Below are positions 30,519 through 41,984 of a DNA stretch of 64,000 bases, piece by piece. Numbering within the stretch: the stretch's first letter is position 1; every line of letters begins with the position of its first letter. The position numbers and the translations under genes were made by a program. The DNA is from Bifidobacteriaceae bacterium (lineage in GTDB: Bacteria > Actinomycetota > Actinomycetes > Actinomycetales > WQXJ01), in the NCBI GenBank assembly GCA_031268215.1, contig JAIRXP010000033.1, positions 1,404 through 65,403 of the forward strand, read 5' to 3'. The notes under the pieces were generated by a model. The model saw nothing but the letters and a program-made list of their open reading frames with translations, had not been told where the DNA came from and did not search any database.

Positions 30519-31773
30519 TCGGTTCCTCCTCCAGGGGACTATCGGTTGGCGCGGACGTGACCGGTCCCGCCCGTGCGAGACCCGGACTGGGTCCGCTGGG
30601 CACACCGTCCTCCGCCCCGGCGTCCACAGCGTCCACAGCGTCTCCGGCGTTCGCCGGATCGACCGCCGGACGCCGCCGACGGCGCGGCCAACGACCAGGC
30701 GCCAATGTCAAGGCTAAGGCCACCACCACGCCCACTACCAAGAAGGCGGCCACCTGGCGAGCCCGGAAGACCGCCAGCCCAGCGGTGCCAAAAGCCAGCA
30801 CAGCGGTCCAAACGTACATGATGGCCACCGCCCGGCGTTGAGTGTGCCCTAGCTGCAGCAGCCGATGATGCAGGTGCATCCGATCCGCTTGGAAGGGAGA
30901 CTGCCCAGCACGCATTCGCCGCGCCACCGCCAGCAGCATGTCTAACAGCGGTAACGCCAACACCGCGAACGGCAGCATGATGGGGAGGAACGCACCGAAG
31001 GCCTGGCGCTGGGTAACAGTGGCGGCGCCGGGATCGATTTGCCCGGTCACGGAGATCGTGGCGGCCGCGAAGAGCAAGCCCAAGAGCATGGAACCCGAAT
31101 CGCCCATGAAGATGCGAGCCGGGTTGAGGTTGTGAGGCAAGAAGCCGAGGCACGCCCCAACGGTCAGAGCCAGGATCAGAGCCGCCAGGGTGGCATAATT
31201 CGGCGCGCCGGATCCGCGTGACAGCAAGTAGGAGTAGAGGAAGAAGGCGCCGCAGCCTATCGCCACCACGCCCGCTGCCAAGCCGTCTAGGCCGTCAACA
31301 AAGTTGATCGCGTTGATGGTCGCGACCACCACCAGGATGGTGACGATCAGGCTCAACCGCGAAGACACGATTGTCACGCCGCCCACTGGCAAAGTGATCA
31401 ACTGCACCCCTTGCCAGGCCAAGAACCCAGCGGCCAGCACCTGACCAGCCAGCTTGGTCATCCAACTGAGGTCAAACCAATCGTCAAGGGCACCCAGCAG
31501 GCAGATGAATCCGGCCGCCGCCAGCACACCCCACGGGGCGTCCGAGTCCGTGAAGACCGGTCTTAGGAATGGCACCCGTGAGGCCGCTGCCAGTCCTACC
31601 GCGATCCCAACGAACATGGCCAGCCCACCCAGGCGCGGCGTTGGGACAGTGTGAATGTCGCGCTGACGAACTGGCGTGACACCGTGGGTCGCCACCGCCA
31701 TACGCCGCACCAGTGGCACCATCAGGGCGGTTACCAAGGCCGCGATGGCGCACAGCATTAAGTAGATTCTCAA
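30499..31773 (-). CDS. wecA: Undecaprenyl-phosphate GlcNAc-1-phosphate transferase (WecA/Rfe, MraY-like GT4 family)
   Basis: Polytopic protein: NAINFVDGLDGLA, FMGDSGSMLLG, DRMHLHHRLL. It has a low-complexity acidic/Pro-rich C-terminal tail. Confidence 0.85.
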   Translation of the reverse strand: MRIYLMLCAIAALVTALMVPLVRRMAVATHGVTPVRQRDIHTVPTPRLGGLAMFVGIAVGLAAASRVPFLRPVFTDSDAPWGVLAAAGFICLLGALDDWFDLSWMTKLAGQVLAAGFLAWQGVQLITLPVGGVTIVSSRLSLIVTILVVVATINAINFVDGLDGLAAGVVAIGCGAFFLYSYLLSRGSGAPNYATLAALILALTVGACLGFLPHNLNPARIFMGDSGSMLLGLLFAAATISVTGQIDPGAATVTQRQAFGAFLPIMLPFAVLALPLLDMLLAVARRMRAGQSPFQADRMHLHHRLLQLGHTQRRAVAIMYVWTAVLAFGTAGLAVFRARQVAAFLVVGVVVALALTLAPGRWPRRRRRPAVDPANAGDAVDAVDAGAEDGVPSGPSPGLARAGPVTSAPTDSPLEEEPNEPADG

Positions 31774-32408
31774 CCGGCCACCCCTGCCCGCCCCGGCAAG
31801 GCTGCCATCAGGTCGTCTTGGCTGACCGGCCCGGCCCGCACCAGGCGCACTTCTCGCCCGGTCAGATCAACCACCGTGGACGCGACTGGTCCTGGCGCCT
31901 GGCCACCATCTACGTAAACGGCGACGGCGGGGCCAAAGACTTGGACGGCATCGGCGGCGGTCAGAACTGGGGGCTGCCCGGACTGGTTAGCCGAACTGAC
32001 CGCCAACGGGCCAGTTCGCCGCAACAATGCCAGGGTGGCAGGGTGGTCAGGCTGGCGCAGCCCAACAGTTCCGCTGGTGCTACCAAGGTGGAGCCGGGGA
32101 GTTGGACGGGCTGGCAGAATAATGGTCAACGGCCCCGGCCAAAAAGCCCTGGCCAGCGTTTCTGCTTGCTCTGGCCAGTCCGCCACCAGCTCCCTGGCAG
32201 CGGCACGGTCCGCCACCAGGACCGGTAACGCCAAGTCCTTTGGCCGTCCCTTGGCCGCGAAGAGGCGGCTAGTAGCTGCCTTCTGGAACGGGTCTGCGGC
32301 CAGTCCGTAGACCGTATCGGTCGGCAGGACCACCAGGAGGCCTTGGCCGATGGCGCGCGCCGCGTCCGCCAGAACATGGGGCGGCGGCGGCGTCACGGAA
32401 GCTAGCAT
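31770..32408 (-). CDS. tsaC: L-threonylcarbamoyladenylate synthase (TsaC/YrdC-type, single domain)
   Basis: 212 aa: VLPTDTVYGLAADP, GRPKDLALPVLV, TSANQSGQPP. Confidence 0.85.
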   Translation of the reverse strand: MLASVTPPPPHVLADAARAIGQGLLVVLPTDTVYGLAADPFQKAATSRLFAAKGRPKDLALPVLVADRAAARELVADWPEQAETLARAFWPGPLTIILPARPTPRLHLGSTSGTVGLRQPDHPATLALLRRTGPLAVSSANQSGQPPVLTAADAVQVFGPAVAVYVDGGQAPGPVASTVVDLTGREVRLVRAGPVSQDDLMAALPGRAGVAG

Positions 32409-32649
32409 CCAGGCGATTGTACGGCCCCAGAGCCCCTCGCCGCCCGGGCCACGACCTCGCCGCGCGGTGACACGTTAACGTCAGGCGCGTGCGCACTGCC
32501 CTGAATATGGACGATGACGTGCTGGCCGCCGTCCGCGAGGGCGCCCGCCAAGCATCAGGAATCCGGCCAGCAACGCTCTGACCCGAACGCTGACGAGTCA
32601 GCGGTAACAATCGTCGATGAATCCAAATCGAAAGGCTCTATCCATGTGG

Positions 32650-33471
32650 TCACCTTGGCGTGGCGCTGGTACGGACTGCCCGCAGGTAACGTTCCCGGCC
32701 GGTCAGGTCATGGCCCGTTTGAGCGTCATCGAAAAACCCCTCAGCGGTCGCGGCCTGGCGCAGGGCTTGACTCTGCGACGGGTCGTGCTCCATCACCAGG
32801 ATTCCGCCAGAGCGCAGCAAACGGGCGGCCGCCGCCAGAAAGACCAACGGCATGTCCAGGCCTGCCGGACCGCCTCCGAACAGCGCCGCCGGCGGTTCGT
32901 ATTGAGCCACGCTGGGCCCCAATTCGGCATCATCCAGCAAGTACGGCGGGTTAGCGGCCACCACGGCCACCCGGCCAGCCAGGTCTTCCAAGGGACCGTC
33001 AGGCAGAGCGACCAACGCGGCATCGGCCGCCACCACTTCAACGCCCAACGGCTCAAGATTGTCCCGGGCCTGGCCGGTTGCCGCCCAAGCCCGTTCAACC
33101 GCGACCACCCGGGCCGCGGGAACCTCAGTGGCCAGGGCGGCCGCGATGGGGCCAGCTCCGGTCCCCAAGTCAATGGCCAAGCGATCCACGGCCGGGAAGG
33201 ACAACAGGGCGGTGATGGCGACAGCGGCTACGGCCTCCGTTTCCGGGCGAGGAATGAACGCACCAGGGCCAATCTTCAGTTCAAGGTGACGAAAGGGGGC
33301 CTTCCCCAGGATGTACTGCAACGGCTCGCCTCCGTCCAGGCGGGCTGCGGCCCGGTCGTAATTCGCCTGTAAACGCAGCGATCCGCCCAGAGCCTGGGCC
33401 CGCAATTCGCCCAGCGAAATGCCCATCAACCCGGCGGCCAACCGCTCATGATCAGGTGTCGCAAATTTCAT
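32650..33471 (-). CDS. prmC: Release-factor glutamine N5-methyltransferase
   Basis: DLGTGAGPIA (SAM motif I), the NPPY motif (VVAANPPYL) and an N-terminal PLQYILG. Confidence 0.85.
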   Translation of the reverse strand: MKFATPDHERLAAGLMGISLGELRAQALGGSLRLQANYDRAAARLDGGEPLQYILGKAPFRHLELKIGPGAFIPRPETEAVAAVAITALLSFPAVDRLAIDLGTGAGPIAAALATEVPAARVVAVERAWAATGQARDNLEPLGVEVVAADAALVALPDGPLEDLAGRVAVVAANPPYLLDDAELGPSVAQYEPPAALFGGGPAGLDMPLVFLAAAARLLRSGGILVMEHDPSQSQALRQAATAEGFFDDAQTGHDLTGRERYLRAVRTSATPR

Positions 33472-33536
33472 CTATTGATGCTACGTCGCCAGGAACCAAA
33501 CGCCGAACCGACCCGACCCGGGCCCGCCGCCCGACC

Positions 33537-33562
33537 AAGCCTCAAGCCTCAAGCCTCAAGCC
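33537..33562. repeat. Heptanucleotide microsatellite (AAGCCTC) x3 plus a partial unit, overlapping the argG stop codon
   Basis: Read directly: aagcctc aagcctc aagcctc aagcc. The argG stop (complement of tca at 33556-33558) lies inside it. Confidence 0.8.
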
Positions 33563-34770
33563 AGCGGATCGTGCCCCTCACGAGCGGCCCGAGCGGCCGC
33601 CAGTTTGGACTGCATGCCAAAGATTTCGATGAATCCCCGGGCCTGCGACTGGTCAAATGAATCGCCCTCGTCATAGGTTGCCAGATTGAAATCGTAAAGG
33701 GACGAATCAGACCGCCGCCCAGTGACTGTGGCTCGTCCCGCATGCAAGGTCATTCGGATCTCTCCATTGACTTCCCGCTGAGTCTCGGCGATGAACACGT
33801 CAAGGGCGTTCTTCAATGGCGAGAACCACTGCCCGTCATAGACCAATTCGCTCCAACGGGTCCCCACTAGCCGCTTGAAGCGGGCCAACTCGCGTTCAAC
33901 GGTGACGCCCTCAAGATCGCGGTGAGCCTCAATCAGGGCCATGGCGCCTGGCGCCTCATAGACCTCGCGGGATTTGATGCCTACCAGCCGGTCTTCCACC
34001 ATGTCGATGCGGCCAATGCCTTGGGCGCCGGCCCGCCGGTTGAGTTCCTGAATGGCCCCTAAAGGCGTGACCGGAATGCCGTCAATCGCCACCGGCACGC
34101 CGTTGGCGAAGGCGATTACAACTTCATCTTCCACCGGCGGGAAGGACGGGTCATCGGTGTAGGTGTAAACATCTTTGGTGGGACCATTCCAGATGTCTTC
34201 CAGGAATCCGGTCTCTACCGCCCGGCCCCAGACGTTCTGATCAATTGAGAACGGCGAGGACTTGGTGGTCTCGATTGGCAAGGAATGGCGTTCAGCGTAG
34301 CCAATGGCGGCCGCCCTGGTCAGGGCCAGATCGCGGACTGGCGCTATGCATTTCAGGTCCGGCGCCAATGAGGTAATGGAAACCTCGAACCGGACTTGGT
34401 CGTTTCCTTTGCCGGTGCAGCCATGGGACACTATGCCGGCCCCAAACTGGCGCGCCGCCCGCACCAGGTGCTTGACAATCACCGGCCGCGACAACGCCGA
34501 GACCAGCGGGTAGCGGTCCATATACATGGCGTTGGCAGCCAAGGCCGGCATGCAGTATTCGGTCGCGAATTCCTCGCGCGCGTCCGCCACGTAAGCTTCC
34601 ACCGCGCCGCAGGCCAGCGCCCGTTCGCGGATGGTCTGAAGGTTCTCGCCGCCCTGGCCCACATCCACCGCCACGGCCACTACCTCCGCACCGGTGGCCT
34701 CGCCAATCCAGCCAATCGCCACCGATGTGTCGAGCCCGCCTGAATAGGCCAGCACTACTCGCTCTGTCAT
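33556..34770 (-). CDS. argG: Argininosuccinate synthase
   Basis: [11 protein letters not shown] (N-type ATP PPase motif), [13 protein letters not shown]. Confidence 0.95.
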   Translation of the reverse strand: MTERVVLAYSGGLDTSVAIGWIGEATGAEVVAVAVDVGQGGENLQTIRERALACGAVEAYVADAREEFATEYCMPALAANAMYMDRYPLVSALSRPVIVKHLVRAARQFGAGIVSHGCTGKGNDQVRFEVSITSLAPDLKCIAPVRDLALTRAAAIGYAERHSLPIETTKSSPFSIDQNVWGRAVETGFLEDIWNGPTKDVYTYTDDPSFPPVEDEVVIAFANGVPVAIDGIPVTPLGAIQELNRRAGAQGIGRIDMVEDRLVGIKSREVYEAPGAMALIEAHRDLEGVTVERELARFKRLVGTRWSELVYDGQWFSPLKNALDVFIAETQREVNGEIRMTLHAGRATVTGRRSDSSLYDFNLATYDEGDSFDQSQARGFIEIFGMQSKLAAARAAREGHDPLA

Positions 34771-35282
34771 GAGCCTTCTCCTTCATTCGCCAATTGAGTC
34801 AGGCGGGCCGCTATCGCTGGACCGCCGTCTGATTCGCGGGTCACCAGAACAATGGTGTCATCACCCGCGATTGTCCCCATCACGCCGGGGAAAACTGAAT
34901 GGTCTATGGCCGAGGCCAGGAAATGCGCCGCCCCCGGAGGGGTCCGGGCCACCGCCATATTGGCGCTGCCCTCCGCGCTGACCAGCAGGTCTGCCGCCAG
35001 CCGGCGTAGGCGCGCGGCCAGCATCTCTTGGCCTTGGGCGCCTTCAAGGGCCGCTTCGCCGCCCTCCACCGGTAGGGCATAGACGCGCGAGCCATCCCCC
35101 AATCTCACTTTGTCCGCCCGCATTTCAACCAAGTCGCGGCTGAGCGTCGCCTGGGTCACTTCGAGACCGGAATTCCCCAGGCAGGTGGCCAATTGGCTTT
35201 GTGAACGGATCGCCTGGGTCCGGATGATCTGCCGGATCAGCGCCTGCCGCGCGGTCTTGGTGGCCGGTATGACACGGACCAT
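34767..35282 (-). CDS. argR: Arginine repressor
   Basis: Winged-helix motif SQSQLATCL...[16 protein letters not shown] and C-terminal [15 protein letters not shown] at 35282 has a GGGAG RBS; GTG at 35297 is an alternative. Confidence 0.9.
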   Translation of the reverse strand: MVRVIPATKTARQALIRQIIRTQAIRSQSQLATCLGNSGLEVTQATLSRDLVEMRADKVRLGDGSRVYALPVEGGEAALEGAQGQEMLAARLRRLAADLLVSAEGSANMAVARTPPGAAHFLASAIDHSVFPGVMGTIAGDDTIVLVTRESDGGPAIAARLTQLANEGEGS

Positions 35283-35283
35283 T

Positions 35284-36300
35284 TCAGCTCCCGACACCCA
35301 TCGCTGCGCCCGCGCTCGGCATCATGGCGGCGTCATAGGAACCGGCCGGCGCTACTCGCTTCAGACCCGCCTGGCGCAACAGCCAGATCAGCAGGGCCTT
35401 CTGAGCGTGAAGGCGGTTCTCGGCCTCATCCCAGACGCGCGATTGAGGGCCGTCGATCACCGATTCCGTTACTTCGTTGCCCCGGTAAGCGGGCAGACAG
35501 TGGAGGAAGATCGCTTCCGGCGCGGCCGCCGCCATCAAGGCGTCATCGACGCGGAAAGGCACGAACGGCGCTCGCCGGGCCGCCGCGTCGCCTTCTTGGC
35601 CCATGGACACCCAAGTGTCGGTCGCCACTACGTCCGCCGCCGATGCCGCCGCCGCCACATCCGCTGTCACGCTCACTTGGGCACCGGTCACCTCGGCGAT
35701 CGCTTGCGCCTCAGTCAGGATTTCCGCCTTCGGCCGGTATCCGTCCGGTGTGGCGATCACCACGTTCATCCCGGCGGTCGCCCCACCCAGAAGATACGAA
35801 TGGGCCATGTTGTTGGCGCCGTCGCCGAAGTAGGCCAATTTTGCGCCGCGCAGACGCTTGACGCCGCCACGGTGTTCGGCCACCGTCAGCAGATCAGCCA
35901 ACACTTGGCAGGGGTGAAAATCATCTGTCAGGGCGTTGATGACAGGCACGTTCACATGGGCGGCCATCTCTTCGATCCGGTCCTGTCCGTAAGTCCGCCA
36001 AACGATAGCGGAAACCTGGCGGCCAAGGACGCGGGCGACATCGGCCACCGATTCGCGTTGCCCCACACCGGCTAGCTTTCCGTCCACGAACATGGGGTAA
36101 CCGCCCAGTTCAGCCACTCCCACGCAGAACGATAGCTGGGTCCTGAGCGTGGGTTTGTCAGTCAGGACAGCCACCGCTCGGGGACCAGTCAGCGGCCGGC
36201 GGTTCCATCGATGAGCCTTGACCTTCAGGGCCAGATTCAGGATCTGGGCCTGTTCGCCTGGGCTGACGGAACTGTCTTTGAGGAAATGTCGGACGGTCAT
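35284..36300 (-). CDS. argF: Ornithine carbamoyltransferase
   Basis: Starts MTVRHFLKD at the ATG at 36300, in an ATGA overlap with the argD stop. Motifs KPTLRTQLSF (STRT-like), HPCQVLADL and HCLPAYRG. The 80-aa ORF-track extension is rejected. Confidence 0.9.
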   Translation of the reverse strand: MTVRHFLKDSSVSPGEQAQILNLALKVKAHRWNRRPLTGPRAVAVLTDKPTLRTQLSFCVGVAELGGYPMFVDGKLAGVGQRESVADVARVLGRQVSAIVWRTYGQDRIEEMAAHVNVPVINALTDDFHPCQVLADLLTVAEHRGGVKRLRGAKLAYFGDGANNMAHSYLLGGATAGMNVVIATPDGYRPKAEILTEAQAIAEVTGAQVSVTADVAAAASAADVVATDTWVSMGQEGDAAARRAPFVPFRVDDALMAAAAPEAIFLHCLPAYRGNEVTESVIDGPQSRVWDEAENRLHAQKALLIWLLRQAGLKRVAPAGSYDAAMMPSAGAAMGVGS

Positions 36301-37520
36301 GCCGCCTCCTTGATAATCGCGGGCAGGGCCGCAGTGAACCGTTGGGCCTGGGATTCGGTCAAGATTAGCGGCGGCGCTAAGCGCAGCGCGTGCGGGTCGT
36401 GAGCAGCGGTCAAGAATCCAGCTGCCTGGGCGGCCTCGCCGACAGCCGTGGCCTTGGCTCCTTCTAAGACCACGCCAATCAGCAATCCCTCCCCCCGGGT
36501 CGCCTTGACTCCTGGAACGTTGGCCAGTTCTTCCCGCCAACGCCCGCCCAGGACCCGCGCCCAGTCCATCAGCTCCTGGTCTTCGACTGTTTGGACCGTG
36601 GCCAGGGCCACGGCCGTCGCCAAGGGCCCGCCGCCAAAGGTGGAACCGTGGTCACCAGGGCGCAGCAGCGCCGCCGTTGGGCCGTTCATGGCCACCATGG
36701 CGCCAACTGGGAAACCGCCGCCCAGCCCTTTGGCCAGGGTCACCAGATCCGGGCCACCCTCCGGGCCATCCAGCGGGCCGCCCAGCGCGGGATTTTGATA
36801 AGCCATCCAGGTGCCGGTCCGGCCAATTCCAGTCTGGATTTCATCAATCCACAACAGCGCACCATATTGCCTGGTCAATCGCCTGGCCTCGGCCAGGTAA
36901 GCGGCCGGCAAGGGGATGACTCCGGCCTCGCCCTGGATTACTTCAACGACCAAGGCCGCCGCATCACCGCCCTTGAGGGCGTCCTCAAGAGCGTCCAGAT
37001 CGCCATGCGGCAAGAACTGAACTGGGCCAGTGAACTCAGCAAAGGGCTCCCGGTAAGCCGCCTTGGCGGTCAGCGACAGACCGCCCAGAGTGCGGCCGTG
37101 GAAGGATCCCTCCAGGGCCAGCAGGCGGTGACGGCCGCCCGTCCCGCCGGTGGGGTGACGCAGCGCGGCTTTGAGGGCCGCCTCGTTCGCTTCGGTACCG
37201 GAGTTGCTGAAGAAGACACGCCCACCGGGCGCGGCGCCAGTGATTTCAAGCAGTTTGCCGGCCAGGGCTATCTGCGGCTCAGACGTGTAACGATTGGACA
37301 CGTGCCCCAGCCTGGACGCTTGGACGGCCAGGGCCTTCACCCAGGCCGGGTGGGCATGACCCAGAGCGTTGACGGCGATCCCTCCCAGCAGGTCAAGGTA
37401 CTCCCGGCCATCAACGTCCCAGACTTGGGCTCCCAGCCCATGGTCCAGCACCAATGTGGGGCTGAAGACCCCTAACAGGCGCTGACGGTACTGTTCCAGC
37501 GCTGTGCTATTGGACTGCAT
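36297..37520 (-). CDS. argD: Acetylornithine aminotransferase
   Basis: Class-III aminotransferase: [38 protein letters not shown] (PLP Lys). Confidence 0.9.
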   Translation of the reverse strand: MQSNSTALEQYRQRLLGVFSPTLVLDHGLGAQVWDVDGREYLDLLGGIAVNALGHAHPAWVKALAVQASRLGHVSNRYTSEPQIALAGKLLEITGAAPGGRVFFSNSGTEANEAALKAALRHPTGGTGGRHRLLALEGSFHGRTLGGLSLTAKAAYREPFAEFTGPVQFLPHGDLDALEDALKGGDAAALVVEVIQGEAGVIPLPAAYLAEARRLTRQYGALLWIDEIQTGIGRTGTWMAYQNPALGGPLDGPEGGPDLVTLAKGLGGGFPVGAMVAMNGPTAALLRPGDHGSTFGGGPLATAVALATVQTVEDQELMDWARVLGGRWREELANVPGVKATRGEGLLIGVVLEGAKATAVGEAAQAAGFLTAAHDPHALRLAPPLILTESQAQRFTAALPAIIKEAA

Positions 37521-38499
37521 CGGCCCCCACCACTTCGGTCGCGTCATTGTCAGGCGGGCCAACGACCATGGTGCCAACGCCTTCATCGGTGAAAACCTCC
37601 GTCAGCAGGGAATGAGCCAGGCGACCGTCAATCACGTGGGCCCGCGGTACCCCGGCGCGGACCGCCCTGAGGCAAGCCTCCATCTTGGGCTGCATGCCGG
37701 TGGCGATTGAATTCATCATCCCAGCCAGTTCGCCGGCGCGGATCTTGTGGATCAGCGACGACCGGTCTGGCCATTCGCGGTACAGGCCCTCAACGTCCGT
37801 CAGAATCACCAACTTGCGAGCGTGCAGCGCCACCGCTAGGGCTGACGCCGCCGTGTCGGCATTGATATTGAGCACCTGACCGGGCGCGTCCAGGTCTGGA
37901 GCGACCCCTGAAATCACCGGGATGCGGCCAGCCTCCAGCAGGTCACGGACGGCCGAGGGATTGACTTGGACCACGTCCCCAACCAATCCCACATCGACGT
38001 CGGTACCGTCCACGCGGGCGGTCCGGCGGCGAGCCTGATAGAGAGCGGCGTCCTCTCCGGACATGCCAACGGCGAACGGACCATGGGCGTTGATCAGCCC
38101 CACCAATTCACGGCTGACCTGGCCGGTCAGCACCATCCGGACCACATCCATGGTTTCCGGCGTGGTCACCCTCATGCCGCCCTGGAATTCGGAGCTGATC
38201 CCCAGCCGACTCAGCATTTGATTGATCTGTGGGCCGCCGCCGTGGACTACCACTGGCCGCAGGCCAACCCGGCGCATGAACACCATGTCCTCAGCGAAGG
38301 CGGCTTTCAGCGCGTCATCGACCATGGCGTGGCCGCCGTACTTGACAACCACAACCGCGCCGCCGAATTCCTCCAGCCAAGGCAGAGCCTCGATCAAGAC
38401 CTCAGCCTTTTGCCCGGGCGTCAGGGCCGCTACGGCGCTGGTACTGGGGCTTGGGACCGGGCCGGAGTTGGAACCCGCAGTGGGATTTGAATCAGTCAT
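37507..38499 (-). CDS. argB: Acetylglutamate kinase
   Basis: [28 protein letters not shown]. Confidence 0.9.
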   Translation of the reverse strand: MTDSNPTAGSNSGPVPSPSTSAVAALTPGQKAEVLIEALPWLEEFGGAVVVVKYGGHAMVDDALKAAFAEDMVFMRRVGLRPVVVHGGGPQINQMLSRLGISSEFQGGMRVTTPETMDVVRMVLTGQVSRELVGLINAHGPFAVGMSGEDAALYQARRRTARVDGTDVDVGLVGDVVQVNPSAVRDLLEAGRIPVISGVAPDLDAPGQVLNINADTAASALAVALHARKLVILTDVEGLYREWPDRSSLIHKIRAGELAGMMNSIATGMQPKMEACLRAVRAGVPRAHVIDGRLAHSLLTEVFTDEGVGTMVVGPPDNDATEVVGADAVQ

Positions 38500-39689
38500 G
38501 ATGAATAGTCCGCGTTGATTGATACGTATTCGTGGGTCAGATCGTTAGTCCAAATTGTCGCTTCGGCAGCGCCGGCGTTGAGGTCAACCATCACATTAGT
38601 TTGGCGGCCGCTGAGATCCACCAGGTCGCGCGGTTCGCCAACTTCCCCTCCTCGACAAACCGTCACCCCGTTGATGGAGACGCCGACCCGAGCGGCCTCA
38701 AACGGCGCGATGGCCGGCGGCACAGTACCGGCCGCACTGAGGATCCGGCCCCAGTTTGGGTCCTGCCCAGCGATCGCCGTCTTGAACAGGTTCGAGCGAG
38801 CGATGGCCCGGGCCACAGCCAACGCCCCACCCTGCGTCAAGGCACCTCTGACTGTTACCTCGATCTCATGATGAGCCCCCTCCGCGTCCGCGATCAGCTG
38901 CTTGGCCAGGTCTGTGGCCAGCGCGGTTAGGTGGGCGGTGAACTCGGCCGGTCCAGGCTGATTCCCGGACGCACCAGACGCCATCAAAATGACCGTGTCA
39001 TTAGTGGACATGCATCCGTCCGAATCCGCCCGGTCAAATGACAGCCGGCAGGCCTCGGCCAGCGCGCCTTGAGCGGTTCCCGGATCGATCAGAGCGTCCG
39101 TCGTGATCACCACCAGCATGGTGGCGAGTTCTGGCGCCAGCATTCCGGCCCCTTTCGCCATACCGCCAATCGTGTACCGGCCATCCGGGTCCTGGATGAC
39201 GGCGGTCTTGGGCACGGTATCTGTGGTCATGATCGCTTCAGCGGCCGCCCGGCCGGCTGCCTCAGTGTTGGCCAATGCCGCCACCCCAGCCTCGGTGCCT
39301 GCCAGAATCTTGTCCATGGGCAGCCGCTCCCCAATCAGTCCTGTCGAACAGATCAGGACCTCCTCCGGTCGCAGACCCAATTCCTTGGCCGCCACGGCGG
39401 CGGTCCGCTGGGCGTCCTCGTAGCCCGCCGCCCCGGTACAGGCGTTGGCGCCGCCCGAGTTGAGCACCACCGCTCTGGGCACCAAATACCCGCCTTCCGC
39501 CAGCGCCATGGCCTCCCGGCTGAACAGCACCGGGGCGGCGGCGAAACGGTTGGCGGTGAAAACCGCGGCGGCGGCGGCGAGTTGGGCGGCGGCATCGTTC
39601 ACCACCACGGCCATGTCCTTGGCGCCACTGGCCTTGATCCCAGCGGCTAAACCAGCGGCTTTGAAACCCGCGGGCGCGGTTACGGTCAT
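38496..39689 (-). CDS. argJ: Bifunctional ornithine acetyltransferase / N-acetylglutamate synthase
   Basis: [12 protein letters not shown], the autoproteolysis-site context [11 protein letters not shown], and SINADYSS at the C-terminus. Confidence 0.9.
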   Translation of the reverse strand: MTVTAPAGFKAAGLAAGIKASGAKDMAVVVNDAAAQLAAAAAVFTANRFAAAPVLFSREAMALAEGGYLVPRAVVLNSGGANACTGAAGYEDAQRTAAVAAKELGLRPEEVLICSTGLIGERLPMDKILAGTEAGVAALANTEAAGRAAAEAIMTTDTVPKTAVIQDPDGRYTIGGMAKGAGMLAPELATMLVVITTDALIDPGTAQGALAEACRLSFDRADSDGCMSTNDTVILMASGASGNQPGPAEFTAHLTALATDLAKQLIADAEGAHHEIEVTVRGALTQGGALAVARAIARSNLFKTAIAGQDPNWGRILSAAGTVPPAIAPFEAARVGVSINGVTVCRGGEVGEPRDLVDLSGRQTNVMVDLNAGAAEATIWTNDLTHEYVSINADYSS

Positions 39690-40801
39690 GGGGCGACTCC
39701 ATTCAGTTCCAGGCCGGTTTCTTCCGGCAGGCCCAAGGCCAGGTTGATCGATTGGATGGCGGCTCCGGCGGTTCCCTTGACCAGGTTGTCGATCGCTGCC
39801 ACCAGCACCACCCGGCCGGCCTTGGCGTCAAAGGCTAGCTGGACCAGTGCTTGGTTGGCCCCCAGGACGTGCGCGGTTGAGGGCCATTGGCTCTCCGGCA
39901 GCAGGGTCACGAACCGTTCATCCCCGTACGCCAATTCCCAGGGCTGACGGAACGTTTCCGGGGTGAATCCGGGGCCGGGCCGGGCGGTGACCGTGGCCAG
40001 GATGCCCCGGCTCATGGGCACCAAAGTTGGCGTGAAACTGATGGTCGCGGCGGGCGGGGCGCCGGCGGCGGCGCGGCGCAGGTTCTGGATGATTTCTGGG
40101 ATGTGGCGGTGGCTGCCGCCCACCGCGTAAGGACTGGCCGCACCGAGAATCTCCGCCGCCAGCAAGTGCGGCTTGGTGCCCCTGCCGGCCCCGGAAACAC
40201 CGTTCGCCAGCACCGCTACCAGGTCCTCGGGGCTCAAGACGCCAGCAGCGATGCCGGGCGCGAGGGCCAGGGTGACCGCCGTGACGTTGCACCCCGGTAC
40301 AGCGATCCGCTTGGCCCCCCGCAGCGCCTGGCGCTGTTTCGGCGGGGTGACTGACGCCGGATTCCCGGGCCGGTCGGGGTCGGTGAGATCCTTGGGCCAG
40401 CCAAGCGGGAGTTCCGGCATCCCGTAGATCCAAGTGCCGGGGTGCTCGCCGCCGTAATACTCCCGCCAGTCGCCAGCGTCCTCCAGACGATGATCCGCAC
40501 CTAGGTCAACCAGGATTGATTCCGGGCTGATCTGTTCCAGAGCATCAGCGATCCGCCCGGACTTGCCGTGGGGCAAAGCGAGGACTATTACATCGTGTCC
40601 GGCCAGCGTTTCCGGCGTGGTGGCTCCGAACTCCCGGCCGGCCAGGGCGGCCAGGTGAGGGTGGTGCCGACCCAGCGGCTGACCCGCCGCGGAGTTGGCC
40701 GTGACGGCGCCAATCAGCGCCTGGGGGTGGGCTGCCAGTAAGCGGAGGGCCTCTCCCCCGGCGTACCCTGATCCCCCAGCCACGGCCACGCTAAAAGTCA
40801 T
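39686..40801 (-). CDS. argC: N-acetyl-gamma-glutamyl-phosphate reductase
   Basis: Starts [17 protein letters not shown] and has the active-site context VPGCNVTA. The longer ORF-track start is rejected. Confidence 0.9.
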   Translation of the reverse strand: MTFSVAVAGGSGYAGGEALRLLAAHPQALIGAVTANSAAGQPLGRHHPHLAALAGREFGATTPETLAGHDVIVLALPHGKSGRIADALEQISPESILVDLGADHRLEDAGDWREYYGGEHPGTWIYGMPELPLGWPKDLTDPDRPGNPASVTPPKQRQALRGAKRIAVPGCNVTAVTLALAPGIAAGVLSPEDLVAVLANGVSGAGRGTKPHLLAAEILGAASPYAVGGSHRHIPEIIQNLRRAAAGAPPAATISFTPTLVPMSRGILATVTARPGPGFTPETFRQPWELAYGDERFVTLLPESQWPSTAHVLGANQALVQLAFDAKAGRVVLVAAIDNLVKGTAGAAIQSINLALGLPEETGLELNGVAP

Positions 40802-40892
40802 GACCGCCACCCTACCGCACAACCGGATGGTTATGCGCCTGCGCGCAAATCTATACACTCAGCCAGCCCCCAAAGGGCGGGCAAGCATAACT

Positions 40893-41918
40893 CTATGAAT
40901 TCTCCGTGGTGGAGGGCCCCGCCGCCGTGACAGCCCGCGCGATCAACAGACGGTGCCTCTTCCAGAACGGCGGAATGAAGTTGCCTGAACGGTGCGCCAT
41001 CACCAACAACCAAACGGAGAAGGCCCCCACTGTGGCCATCAAGACAACCGAGGCCTCGATCCCAAACAGACCGCCCGTGAGCCATTCGGGGCCGGTCCAT
41101 TCGACCCGCAGCATCCCCCTGCCAGTCCCAGTGCCGGAGATAGGGGAACTCCAGATTGGCCCCTGTGTAACATTCCAGGCCAGGTGAACGCCCATGGGCC
41201 ACCACAACGAACGAGTCGCGATGTATACGGCCGGCAAGACCAGGGCCCCGATGGCTATCCCCACCGCCCCCAGCCAAGTGCCGTCCTGGTTGGACAAGTG
41301 AACCGCGCCAAAGATCAGCGCACTGGCTGCCACAGAGAACAACGTGCCCACGGTGTCCTCCAGAATCCGGAAGAGCGCACCGCGGAAGATCAGTTCCTCC
41401 GCCACCCCGGCAGTCAACCCCGCCATCAGAAGATCAGACCAAGGCGAATACCCAGAGTTGAAACCCCTGACGTGGTAGCACCCCATCAGTGCCAAGAGCC
41501 CTACAGTTACTGTGATCAAGAAGAAGCCGAGGGCAATACCTTTCAGAAAACCGCCGATCCGGCGCCAGCCCAATTCAAGCGGCGAGCCCCGCCCCTCCAG
41601 GACACCAACCAAGACCAGATAAGCGCCAATGGCGCCGATCAGTTCCGCCGCCGCGCCCAGGCCCAGTGAGTCGAACACAGACTCAGCGAGTTCTGGATCC
41701 CCGGTCACGCCGCCCCAAATGGTCGCCCAGGCCACCCCGGCGAGCATCACGATCACGGTGATGCCGAACGCCGACCCCAAGAACACCGCCAGGCGCAAAC
41801 CAGCGTTGAACCGCACCCGATGAACCGGCGGATAGGGCTTGAACGGCTGATCCGGCCCCAGCAGATCGGACTCACGCGGCCGGGAAACCGGATCATAGAA
41901 CAGTTGGTATAGGCGCAC
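40893..41918 (-). CDS. CPBP family intramembrane glutamic endopeptidase (CAAX protease-like)
   Basis: Polytopic protein with AEELIFRGALF (EExxxR) and FGAVH motifs. GTG start. Confidence 0.75.
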   Translation of the reverse strand: MRLYQLFYDPVSRPRESDLLGPDQPFKPYPPVHRVRFNAGLRLAVFLGSAFGITVIVMLAGVAWATIWGGVTGDPELAESVFDSLGLGAAAELIGAIGAYLVLVGVLEGRGSPLELGWRRIGGFLKGIALGFFLITVTVGLLALMGCYHVRGFNSGYSPWSDLLMAGLTAGVAEELIFRGALFRILEDTVGTLFSVAASALIFGAVHLSNQDGTWLGAVGIAIGALVLPAVYIATRSLWWPMGVHLAWNVTQGPIWSSPISGTGTGRGMLRVEWTGPEWLTGGLFGIEASVVLMATVGAFSVWLLVMAHRSGNFIPPFWKRHRLLIARAVTAAGPSTTENS

Positions 41919-41984
41919 GGTCCCAGCCTGGCACAGCTCGGCAGGGATCCCGACCGCTCGCTGGCGGCCAGGCCGCCGTCAGGA

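Noticed and set aside
30621-30642. A 9-nt tandem (CGTCCACAG x2.4) inside the wecA 3' tail.
   Set aside because: It is a short in-frame slippage repeat encoding DAVDAVDA within a low-complexity tail. It has no independent feature value.
32409-32649. A 240-nt gap between prmC and tsaC containing a 24-codon plus-strand ORF and the hairpin CGCTGAC-GA-GTCAGCG.
   Set aside because: The ORF is too short and has no RBS. The hairpin is short and lacks a U-tract. The gap is probably just a promoter or spacer region.
36301-36540. An 80-codon N-terminal extension of argF. Analogous extensions occur on argC, argD, malE, lysX and atpD.
   Set aside because: The extensions overlap the upstream genes. Internal starts give canonical N-termini and ATGA-type coupling or good RBSs.
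40883-40900. A possible ARG box (AAGCATAACTCTATGAAT) upstream of argC.
   Set aside because: It aligns poorly with the TNTGAATWWWWATTCANW consensus on either strand and shows only a 4-bp CATA/TATG symmetry. That is not enough to call an ArgR operator.
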